A stretch of DNA of 62,394 nucleotides, filler included. It is 8 parts of 8 records of this genome, joined end to end, with 100 filler letters (N's around TTAATTAATTAA, not from the genome) between each part and the next. Parts side by side here need not be neighbours in the genome. Positions count along the whole stretch, not along the records: positions 40,992 to 49,301 come from DRR723986_21597; positions 49,402 to 56,722 come from DRR723986_21689; 6 more parts are not named here. The stretch is one strand, 5' to 3'. Positions within the stretch are counted from its first letter, which is position 1, and every line of letters starts with the position of its first letter. Under the pieces are notes generated by a model. That model did no database searches and was not told where the DNA came from. It was given only the letters and a program-made list of their open reading frames with translations. Below are positions 41,083 to 50,138 of the stretch, in pieces. The translations under genes were made by a program, and so were the position numbers.

Positions 41083-42558
41083 TCAACGCCTGGAATTTCG
41101 AGATTGAATCGCTTTAACAGCAGCCTGGACCTGAGCGTCGCTCTCGCCCGTAAAATCATTGAGGGACATATCCTGGTAGATGTCCGGCGTCACGCCGTGC
41201 CGTACATACAACAAGCCATTTGCCTGAAATGTTGCCACGGCCGGTAATTGCACCTGAATGCCTGATTCTTTTAACAAATACGTCTCCGCCCGCTCGCTGC
41301 CACCGGCAGTCGTCTGCCCTACGAGCGTCACATGCGGCAGTGTTTTAAACGCCTCTGCAAACGCGTCGGCTTCGTTGCTGGTGCCTGCATCTATCAGGAC
41401 TACAACGGGATTCTCGTACTGTTTACGTTTGGAGTCTGGGCGTAGAACGCTGTAATGCCAGTCGCTGTAGAGATTGGAATCGAATTCCCATTCCGGGTAA
41501 AACTTGCGTTTAAATTTTTTGAGAATCGCCATATCAGCATCGCCAAAAGTCCCTGCCGAGACCGGGAACATCTTGTCTTCAGCAAGATAGCCGTCCGTAT
41601 GCGTACCTTCTGCGCGATTAATACGTTTAACAGCAGCATCAAAAATTATAGCTGGAAAATCCTGTGGAATAAAGTGGCCGGCCAGCATGTGCAAGACTTC
41701 GCGACTGCCGCCCGTGTTCCCACGAATATCAATGATCAAACCGTCGGAATCCAGTTTCGATTCCAGTTCGCGGCTTAACTTTTCGCGATCGGATTTCTCA
41801 GTATACATTTGCGGAATACGCAGGTAAGCGATCTTCTGTTCTTGCAGAATATCGGTGTTAACATTTTTCTGCCAGCTGAGTAACTCATCTGAAATCGGCA
41901 TGTCAAGTGTGAGTTTCTCGCGCCGTCCATCGTTTAACTCAATCTTAAGATTGCTGCCTTCACGTACATCCAGCTCAGCCAGGATGTGGCGGATGTAACG
42001 CATCTTGCCAACCGCGCGCGTCCACTGAAACTGCTGCGAAGCATTTGGCACATACATGCCCGCATTCTGCAGCAGCACATCGACCATAATTCCATTAACC
42101 GACTCCAGAAAGGGATATTCCGGATGCAGAAAACCGCTGCCGTCGGCATTCAGACAGACAATCGAATTCTGAAATGGCACAATATAAAATGGCAGAAATC
42201 CCGGCTTGAGATAGGAATTGAAATCAGCGACCTGTGCATTCGGATCACCCAACATCATTATGACTTTCTGAATCTCACGCGCCAAAGCCCCCTTGGTGAT
42301 GCCCTGCCCGTTTGTGTTGATCAGATGTTCCAGATAAGCCGGATAGTCGAGTCCATTTAACTCGGGGTAGGCATAATCCTGTTCGATGCGGTCGTGCACA
42401 AACAGGATGTCGTCCACCAGCTCGGTGCGTTTGATGATTTCATTCAATGAACCGTCAGCTGTTTCAGCGGCCGGCTGCGCTGAAGCGAGACTCGTCAGCA
42501 TGAAAAACAGAACAATTATCAGTCCGCAGTTGGAGGCATTTTTGGCGCTACACTTCAT
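41083..42558 (-). CDS. Secreted S41 peptidase-family protein (catalytic residues appear substituted)
   Basis: Signal peptide, IAYLRI, LIIDIRGNTGG, PVVVLID, LVGQTTAGG, GVTPDI. Confidence 0.8.
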   Translation of the reverse strand: MKCSAKNASNCGLIIVLFFMLTSLASAQPAAETADGSLNEIIKRTELVDDILFVHDRIEQDYAYPELNGLDYPAYLEHLINTNGQGITKGALAREIQKVIMMLGDPNAQVADFNSYLKPGFLPFYIVPFQNSIVCLNADGSGFLHPEYPFLESVNGIMVDVLLQNAGMYVPNASQQFQWTRAVGKMRYIRHILAELDVREGSNLKIELNDGRREKLTLDMPISDELLSWQKNVNTDILQEQKIAYLRIPQMYTEKSDREKLSRELESKLDSDGLIIDIRGNTGGSREVLHMLAGHFIPQDFPAIIFDAAVKRINRAEGTHTDGYLAEDKMFPVSAGTFGDADMAILKKFKRKFYPEWEFDSNLYSDWHYSVLRPDSKRKQYENPVVVLIDAGTSNEADAFAEAFKTLPHVTLVGQTTAGGSERAETYLLKESGIQVQLPAVATFQANGLLYVRHGVTPDIYQDMSLNDFTGESDAQVQAAVKAIQSRNSRR

Positions 42559-42666
42559 CGTTCAGATACCCAATCATTGAATTTTGAGATTTCAACCGGC
42601 AGGAGAACACAATAAACCCGGCCAGGTTGCAGCTTGCAGTAGCCGGCCCGGACGGTGTAAGATTTG

Positions 42667-43824
42667 TCAACTGAGGCGCGTGCGATAGTCTTCATAGCCG
42701 AACTCGCGCAGCAGCTCAAATGTTCCGCCTTCGCGCCAAACACCGATTGCCGGATGCTGCACACCATTAAACATTGTCGTTTTTACCATCGTGTAGTGCA
42801 TCATGTCTTTAAAAACGATCGGATCACCGACTTTGAGTTCCGCGTCAAAAACATAATCGCCCACCAGGTCGCCGGCCAGACAGGTCAATCCGCCCATGGT
42901 ATATGACGCTTCACCGGCCTGTGGCTTGCGCGCGTTAACAATTTCAGGTCGGTAGGGCATCTCCAGACAGTCGGGCATGTGTGCAGCGATCGAGACGTCA
43001 AGCATCGCAATCTTTTGTTTGTCAGGCTGCAGGATGTCGAGCACGCTGGTTCGTAAAACGCCGGTCCGCCAGGCAACGGCGGAGCCCGGCTCCATTATGA
43101 TCTGGAGCTGCGGATAACGCGCCTTAAAGTCCTGCAATACTTTAACAGCATGTGCCGGCTGGTAACTATCGCCCGTTATAAGGTGACCGCCGCCCAGATT
43201 CAGCCACGTAAGTTCGGGCAATAAATGCCCATAGAGTTTTTCGATCTGCTGCAGTGTTTTCTCAAGTGCGTGCGCATCACTTTCGCACAAATTATGCACG
43301 TGCAGGCCTTCGATTCCCGCTGGAATCCCCTCACTGACTTCATGCGCACGTGCGCCCAGCCGCGACCCCGGAACACAAGGGTTGTAAAGGTCAGTCTCAA
43401 CCGGGGAATATTCGGGATTAACACGCAGGCCGACGGAGACGGTCTTGGCATGTCGTTGAAAGACTGGCTGTAGCTTTTCCCATTGGCTTAGGGAGTTCAC
43501 ACTCACGTGGCAGCAGCGCCTGCAGATTTCCTCTATCTCAGAGTCGAGATACACTGGACAGTAGGCATGCACTTCACCACCAAATTCGCGCGCGCCCAGC
43601 AGCGCTTCATTTAAACTGCTGGCCGTGGTGCCGGGCAGATACTGACGCACAAGGTCAAAGGCACCGAACATCGCAAATCCTTTGAGCGCCAGGATAATCT
43701 TGATGTCTGCCGCCGCCGCAAAGTCCTTGAGTCGCTGCAGATTGGCCCGCAGGCGCGCCTCCTCAAGCACAAAACACGGTGACGGAATCTGTGCGTAGTC
43801 TATCGGGATCGAAGAAGTGTGCAT
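42667..43824 (-). CDS. nspC: Carboxynorspermidine decarboxylase
   Basis: LALKGF, ASSLNEA, GLRVNP, LYNPC..GSRLG, NLGGGH, CLAGD, HYTMVKTT.FNG. Confidence 0.93.
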   Translation of the reverse strand: MHTSSIPIDYAQIPSPCFVLEEARLRANLQRLKDFAAAADIKIILALKGFAMFGAFDLVRQYLPGTTASSLNEALLGAREFGGEVHAYCPVYLDSEIEEICRRCCHVSVNSLSQWEKLQPVFQRHAKTVSVGLRVNPEYSPVETDLYNPCVPGSRLGARAHEVSEGIPAGIEGLHVHNLCESDAHALEKTLQQIEKLYGHLLPELTWLNLGGGHLITGDSYQPAHAVKVLQDFKARYPQLQIIMEPGSAVAWRTGVLRTSVLDILQPDKQKIAMLDVSIAAHMPDCLEMPYRPEIVNARKPQAGEASYTMGGLTCLAGDLVGDYVFDAELKVGDPIVFKDMMHYTMVKTTMFNGVQHPAIGVWREGGTFELLREFGYEDYRTRLS

Positions 43825-43981
43825 ATGTGTACGCAGAATTCGAGAATCAAGAAGTCATTGAGGCAGCATCCCACATGCTGCAGTTCAGACACAAAGCGCA
43901 CAGTACAAAACACAAACGCCGAGTCGTTCAACTAATGCGAAGCTCGGCGTTGAAGTATCAATTTGTACTGGCTGCCGCCAA

Positions 43982-45190
43982 TTAATCAAACGCGAGGTCT
44001 GGATTAATTTTTTCCTGAAATGGCAGCCCCAGCTCACCGACGAGTTTCAGGAACGGGTCAGGATCCATTTCTTCCACATTAAAGACGCCGGGCTTGAGCC
44101 ACTCTCCGGTGAGCATCATAACCGCACCGGCAGTCGCCGGTACACCAGTGGTGAACGAGACGCCCTGAGCGCGCGAATCAGCCCAGGCTGCCGCGTGACT
44201 GCAGTTGTTGTAAATATAATATGTGACGTCTTTGCCGTTGCGAACACCGCGAATCTGGCAGCCGATCGACGTCTCACCCGTGTAGTTTTCGCCCAGGTCT
44301 GACGGTTCCGGCAGCACGGCCTTGAGGAACTGCAGCGGCACAATTTCCTGCCCCTGGTACATAATCGGCTTGATACTCGTCATGCCCACGTTTTCCAGGA
44401 CGCGCAGATGTGTCAGGTATTCCTGGCCAAAAGTCATCCAGAAGCGAGCGCGTTTGATAGTCGGGTAGTTTTTAACCAGCGACTCGAGTTCTTCATGATA
44501 TAAAAGGTAGGACTCACGGTCGCCGATATTCGGGTAGTCCACCGGCTGATGCACGGACATGGCGTCGATTTCGACCCATTCACCGTTTTCCCAGTAGCGC
44601 CCTTTCTGAGTTATCTCACGGATGTTAATCTCGGGATTAAAGTTTGTGGCAAATGCCTTGCCATGATCACCGGCATTACAATCGACGATATCCAGATAGT
44701 GAATCTCATCAAAGTGGTGTTTGGCGGCATACGCCGTGTAGGCCTGCGTCACCCCAGGATCAAATCCACACCCCAGCAGTGCCGTCAGCCCCGCTTCGCG
44801 GAAACGCTCCTGGTATGCCCACTGCCAGGAGTATTCGAACTTGGCCACATCACGCGGCTCGTAATTGGCCGTATCAAGATAATGTACCCCGGCTTCCAGG
44901 CAGGCGTCCATAATTGCCAGATCCTGGTAGGGCAAAGCAACATTAATAACGAGGGCAGGCTTAAACGAGCGGATCAGAGCAACCGTCTCAGCTACATTAT
45001 CGGCATCCAGAGCGGCCGTTGTAATCCTTGGCTCGGGCAACTCCTTGTTGATTGCCTCGGCAATCGCATCACATTTTGATTTGGTGCGACTGGCCAACAG
45101 AATTTTACCGATGACAGTATTCATGGACGCACATTTACGCGCCACAACGTTGCCGACGCCACCGGCGCCAATAATCATAATGTCTTGCAT
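43982..45190 (-). CDS. Carboxy(nor)spermidine dehydrogenase (saccharopine dehydrogenase family)
   Basis: IIGAGGVG, NVALPYQD, DTANYE, GFDPG, ATNFNPEINIRE; adjacent to nspC. Confidence 0.9.
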   Translation of the reverse strand: MQDIMIIGAGGVGNVVARKCASMNTVIGKILLASRTKSKCDAIAEAINKELPEPRITTAALDADNVAETVALIRSFKPALVINVALPYQDLAIMDACLEAGVHYLDTANYEPRDVAKFEYSWQWAYQERFREAGLTALLGCGFDPGVTQAYTAYAAKHHFDEIHYLDIVDCNAGDHGKAFATNFNPEINIREITQKGRYWENGEWVEIDAMSVHQPVDYPNIGDRESYLLYHEELESLVKNYPTIKRARFWMTFGQEYLTHLRVLENVGMTSIKPIMYQGQEIVPLQFLKAVLPEPSDLGENYTGETSIGCQIRGVRNGKDVTYYIYNNCSHAAAWADSRAQGVSFTTGVPATAGAVMMLTGEWLKPGVFNVEEMDPDPFLKLVGELGLPFQEKINPDLAFD

Positions 45191-45622
45191 GTGAGTTTTG
45201 CCGGAAACTATTAAAGAAAGTGACAAGTAAGCGGGAGTTGACTGTTAGACAGAATGTTGAGCAGTCTGTTGGGCAGAATGATTGCCAAAGATGCTGGAGA
45301 TGCACTGGCTGGAATCGCCCGTTGACTATATTGCCTGCCTGGCAGAAACAATCAGAGTCGAGCCGGAAACCAGCCCGGGATTGCGCCTGCACATTAGAAG
45401 TGCTTTTGACGCGTGCCGTATGTGGATATTTTAGAAATGGGAGATGAGGCTATGACTGATAAAGAACTGTTATTTGCACTACTTTTTTACTAATTGTGGA
45501 AAAATTCTTTTACCGTAGTAATATTATAGCTAATTTGATGCTGTTCTGTTGGCGCACGAGGAAGATGCTTAACCACATCCACACCCGTCGTCATATCATA
45601 TTTTTAGGTTTGGAGGATTCTT

Positions 45623-45901
45623 GTGATTAAGAAGATTTATGTCGGCAACCTTCCGTTTCGTGCAACCGAAAACGAAGTTGGCGAGTTCTTCGCTCAATTC
45701 GGCGACGTTTATTCGATCAACCTGATTAGCGACCGTGAAACTGGACGTCCGCGTGGATTTGGCTTTATTGAACTCGATCTTGAAGATCCGGCAGCAGCTA
45801 TCGGACAAATGGACGGCGTTGAATTCTGGGGCCGCAACTTGCGCGTCAACGAAGCAACGGAACGTGCCAAGCGTCCACCGGCTCGTCGCCGCGAGTGGTA
45901 A
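45623..45901 (+). CDS. RRM RNA-binding protein
   Basis: RNP2 IYVGNL, RNP1 RGFGFI, GR.LRVNEA; GGAGG RBS and GTG start. Confidence 0.92.
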   Translation: MIKKIYVGNLPFRATENEVGEFFAQFGDVYSINLISDRETGRPRGFGFIELDLEDPAAAIGQMDGVEFWGRNLRVNEATERAKRPPARRREW

Positions 45902-46240
45902 GACCGCCAATGTTCGACTGGATCGGGGTATTGGATTCTTTGTAATCTTAATGCGTTTTTGGATTTGCATCAGGCTCTACGCTTAGATAATCAGATTTCT
46001 TCAGTTTATCGATCGCTGCTCGGCCATAGTGAATTCTGAGTGATCCCCGGATGATGAGAGACTATATTGGAACTAGGTAAGGGTTAGCTCTTATTGATTG
46101 TTCACCGAGTGCCTTGTGCATTTGTTCCGGATAAAAAATTTCGGCGGTACATCAAATGAAAATTTGTTGTTCCGCCGAATCTGTTTTAAAGCATTAACTC
46201 CTGCCCAACTGCTCTTGGCTCACTGCCTAACTGCCAACAA

Positions 46241-46357
46241 CTCTGGGTTCATTCTCTGGGTTCATTCTCTGGGCTCGATCTCTGGGCTCATTCTTTGGGC
46301 CAATTCTCTGGGTTCATTCTTTGGGCCTATTCTCTGGGTTCATTCTCTGGGCTCATT
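46241..46357. repeat. 13-bp tandem repeat, 9 copies (consensus CTCTGGG[T/C]TCATT)
   Basis: ctctgggttcatt x2, ctctgggctcgat, ctctgggctcatt, ctttgggccaatt, ctctgggttcatt, ctttgggcctatt, ctctgggttcatt, ctctgggctcatt. Confidence 0.92.
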
Positions 46358-46558
46358 CTGCAACAGTTCAGCACCGATACTGCAGCGGCCCGTGCGGCAG
46401 GCGTACAACAAAAAAATCCCCAACGGACAAATTGCCCGCCGGGGACCTCTCATGAATCGACCGCTTCGGCGCATGTTATTTGCGGCCAAATCCAGAGACG
46501 TAGTCAACGATCACTACCGACATAATTCCCAAGAAGATGCCGAGCATCAGCCCAGGCT

Positions 46559-46759
46559 CTAGCAGTCACTCAGAAAAACCGGCAGAGAATCACGCCTCTT
46601 GGTTTGGTCCTCACGAGCTTGGCGTTCGAGGTCGAAGGAGCCATACGAACGACAGTTTTTGCAAAAGTACTTCTGCTTGCCAATTGCCGTTTTTCCATTG
46701 AATATGGTTTGGAAGCTTTCACATTTGGGGCATTTCCTTCGCGACCTGACTCTTTGCAT
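46559..46759 (-). CDS. Small IS1 InsA-like zinc-ribbon protein, no transposase partner visible
   Basis: CPKC.S.....NGK...GKQKYFCKNC; GGAGG RBS upstream. Confidence 0.6.
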   Translation of the reverse strand: MQRVRSRRKCPKCESFQTIFNGKTAIGKQKYFCKNCRSYGSFDLERQAREDQTKRRDSLPVFLSDC

Positions 46760-47516
46760 TCACGTCTTCCTCCCCTGCCGAAACAACTGACTGACAACCA
46801 ATTCCATGAGCGCACGACTCGGATAGTGCTGCTTGATTCGGCAGCGTTTCTAAGATTAATTCTGACATTCCAGCGCCCATGGTCAATCATCTGGTGCAAA
46901 TTTACTGTGTTATCCGGCGGCGCTCAATAATCCAACTGTACTATTCTGTGATTTCCATCTACAGTACATTTCAATGCACAAGCACGGCGATTCAAGGGCT
47001 CAGCCATGTAAGCCCGCCTCCACAAGGGCAGCCATAAGTCGTTATTTTACAATTGCTTACGGGCGCCAAATCGGCAATTCGGAATCTTGGAACGCTGCAA
47101 AGGCGCATTAATCGATCAGCTCTGCATGCATAATTCTGCGGAATAACGGTGATTCTATTCCGTCATCACGATTGGTTTGCAAACAAGATGTAACCCTTTG
47201 CGCCTCCCGGATATCTTAAGTATATCCCCCATCATACAGTTTTGACTTCCACAAAATTTTTGTATCTTTACGATCATTTTTAACGAGTGATCTTACGAAT
47301 CTGGCAGTCAAAAAACTGTTAGTTCATCCAGACTGATTTCGCTGTATTACGCCATATACACACAACCTTGGCATGCTACGAAATAGTTGGATGCCCAAAT
47401 AGTTATCAGGTACAGCACTTGTCATTTAACGTCCAACTCGCGCACATCCCCCCCAAAGTTGCGACGGTATCATTTTGTGCGTATCCCTTTCCATTTTTTT
47501 GCAAATGGAGATCGTC

Positions 47517-48983
47517 ATGCAACGATTAACATTTATCGCGTGCATTTGTTTATGCATGCTGTGCGCCATTAGTCTGCCTGCCAACGATCAGTTTACTACG
47601 GGGCTCGAAAAACGCTCGGTAGGCAATGATCTTGATAACCAGCAAGCAAATAAATCCAAGGCCAGAACACCTTCGACTCAAATGTTCCCCGGCCCGGTCA
47701 TTACTGATGTAATGCGCAAGTCGCAGCGTCCCTTCCCTCAACCAGGGGAAACCGTGCGCGTGGAGTTCACAGCCAAGGCAGGTAACAAAGATATTGTGCC
47801 TTCCTCCGCTCTCGTGCGCTACCGCATTAACTCCGGAACACAACAAACCCTCCCAGCTACACATCTGGGTGGCAACGTCTATGTAGCCGAATTCGATGCA
47901 CCGCTCGCCGATGACATCGTAACATTCTCGGTCGAAGTCGAAGACGAAGACAACATTCGCAGTCTTGACAATACAGATGACTACCACTTCCGTGTTCTGG
48001 ATCGCGAACCCGTAATCGCGGACGTGCGTGAGCCTTTCTACTCCAATGGAAATTCTGCCTACGATGGTTATATCGTTACCCTCTCAGGTATCGTCACCGT
48101 AGCCGCAAATAGTTTACCCAACCCAGACCTCGAAACGCCGCTCCTGACGATCCAGAGTGCCGATAACGCGCATTACTCCGGTATCAGCGTCATGGCCGAA
48201 GGTGAGTTGGCTAGTTACGTGCCGGGTGACGAAGTCACCATCATCGGTACCGTCGACCACCTGGGTGACGTTACGGTTTTGAGTGACATCATTTTCACTG
48301 AGAAAACCTCGGCCAATAACCCGGTCCGGATCACTGATGTTTCAGTATATGAGTTTAGCTCAAACGGCCCCAACGGTAGCAACACGGCCGAACGTTACGA
48401 GAGTATGCTCGTTAACGTTGCTGAACTGGGACGTTTTAACTCTTCGTCCGAAGTCGAGCAAACGGGTATCATGATCAGTGGCCCGCTCAATGCCGGCCCC
48501 GATGCCATCAACATGCGCTTTGAGATTGATCTGCGCTATGGGACGTTCCAAAATCCCAACACAAGTCCGCCCTCCTATGCGTTTCCTGATTACGATCAAG
48601 GTTACTCAGCAGTTCAGGGTGTGATTTTTGCTGCGCCAACCGAAACCTCGCTGATTCCTCGTACTGACGAAGACTTTGGCGAAATGACAATTACACGTGC
48701 TGCTGATGAAAGCCTGGCTTCTGCGGGAATCATGCTCAAAACTGCACCAAATCCGTCAACAGAATTTGTTCAGGTTCACTACGAACTGGCGTACGCAACA
48801 CACGTTGTAATCGACGTCTTTAACATGCAGGGCACACTGGTTGCCAGCTTGTTAAACAGAACTCTCGAAGCCGGCAACGGCACACTTGACTTTAACGTCC
48901 GCACGCTGCCAATTGGCAACTACTATGTAGTTATGAAAACCAATGGCGAAGCTCTGACATACGTTATGACCGTAGCGCGTTAA
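47517..48983 (+). CDS. T9SS (Por) C-terminal sorting domain protein
   Basis: Signal peptide, beta-rich and OB-fold-like middle, C-terminal APNP...VFNMQG..V..L...G.Y.V motif. Confidence 0.82.
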   Translation: MQRLTFIACICLCMLCAISLPANDQFTTGLEKRSVGNDLDNQQANKSKARTPSTQMFPGPVITDVMRKSQRPFPQPGETVRVEFTAKAGNKDIVPSSALVRYRINSGTQQTLPATHLGGNVYVAEFDAPLADDIVTFSVEVEDEDNIRSLDNTDDYHFRVLDREPVIADVREPFYSNGNSAYDGYIVTLSGIVTVAANSLPNPDLETPLLTIQSADNAHYSGISVMAEGELASYVPGDEVTIIGTVDHLGDVTVLSDIIFTEKTSANNPVRITDVSVYEFSSNGPNGSNTAERYESMLVNVAELGRFNSSSEVEQTGIMISGPLNAGPDAINMRFEIDLRYGTFQNPNTSPPSYAFPDYDQGYSAVQGVIFAAPTETSLIPRTDEDFGEMTITRAADESLASAGIMLKTAPNPSTEFVQVHYELAYATHVVIDVFNMQGTLVASLLNRTLEAGNGTLDFNVRTLPIGNYYVVMKTNGEALTYVMTVAR

Positions 48984-49015
48984 CATCAGTTTACGGCGAG
49001 ATCCAATACACACAG

Positions 49016-49052
49016 CACGCATAGTCGCCCAAGACTATGCGTGTTTTTTTTT
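49016..49052 (+). terminator. Rho-independent terminator
   Basis: CACGCATAGTC-GCCCAA-GACTATGCGTG followed by a T run. Confidence 0.88.
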
Positions 49053-49401
49053 GCCCTTCGTTTTTATGCGGGATATTATTCAGTTTAAGCCGAACGCGAA
49101 ACAGACGTACCTAACAATATCTGCAAAAGACTGCATCATCGCTTGTGGTCTAAAGTTCAGTGGTGATTTAACAATTAACTGCAGCAGAGGCATGAGCGCT
49201 GCGCCCCTTTCCAAGTGGCTTACTCTTTTTTATACTGTTAGTTCTTGTGCCGAAAGTCCATGGGGCTCTAGAATTCAAGAGGTGTAGAATTCGAGCTGTG
49301 ANNNNNNNNNNNNNNNNNNNNNNNNNNNNNNNNNNNNNNNNNNNNTTAATTAATTAANNNNNNNNNNNNNNNNNNNNNNNNNNNNNNNNNNNNNNNNNNN
49401 N

Positions 49402-49980
49402 GGTCTCGAAATGCGGATCCCAGTTCACCAGCCGCTTACCGCGATAGATGAAGCCCTTGTTGTACATCTCCACGAAGACTTTGATCACCGCATCGTGGAA
49501 GTTGGGGCCATTGCCGGCCTCTGGGTCGCCTTTGGCGCCGCCCATGGTGAAGGCTTCGCGCGACCAGTCGCAGGACGCGCCAAGGCGCTTCAACTGCCCG
49601 ATGATGGTGCCGCGCGATTTGACCTTCTGCTGCCAGACGCGATCCAGAAACGCCTCGCGCCCCATCTCGCGGCGGGTGGGTTCGCCCTTTGCTGCCATCT
49701 CGCGTTCAGTCACCATCTGCGTGGCGATCCCCGCATGGTCGGTGCCGGGCTGCCACAGCGTGTCAAAGCCGCGCATCCGGTGCCACCGCACGAGGATATC
49801 CTGAAGGGTGTTGTTGAAGGCGTGGCCCATATGCAGGCTGCCCGTCACGTTCGGCGGCGGGATCATGATGCAGAACGTGTCGTCCCGGCTGGCATTGGCA
49901 CCAGCGGCAAAGGCGTTCGTCTCATCCCATTTGGCGGAAATCCGCGGCTCGGCCTCGGTGGCGTTAAAGGTCTTTTCCAT
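49402..49980 (-). CDS. valS: Valine--tRNA ligase, N-terminal part
   Basis: [29 protein letters not shown]. Confidence 0.96.
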
Positions 49981-50138
49981 GCGCCCGATGTCCCATGTCT
50001 GTTGTCAGCGCTTGGCTTACCCGCTTCGCGCAGAAAGGCCAAGGGCGCGGGATCGGGAAATGGGGTGTTTTCGCGTGGGCTGGACAGTGGCCAAGGGGTT
50101 GTTACCTATGGGGATGAGGCAAAGCAGCGGAGCACGCG

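Noticed and set aside
46241-46357. CRISPR array
   Set aside because: 13-bp units are contiguous with no unique spacers, and no cas genes are nearby
46098-46562. 154-aa ORF across the tandem repeat
   Set aside because: Translation simply cycles through the 13-bp repeat frames; no RBS or recognisable domain
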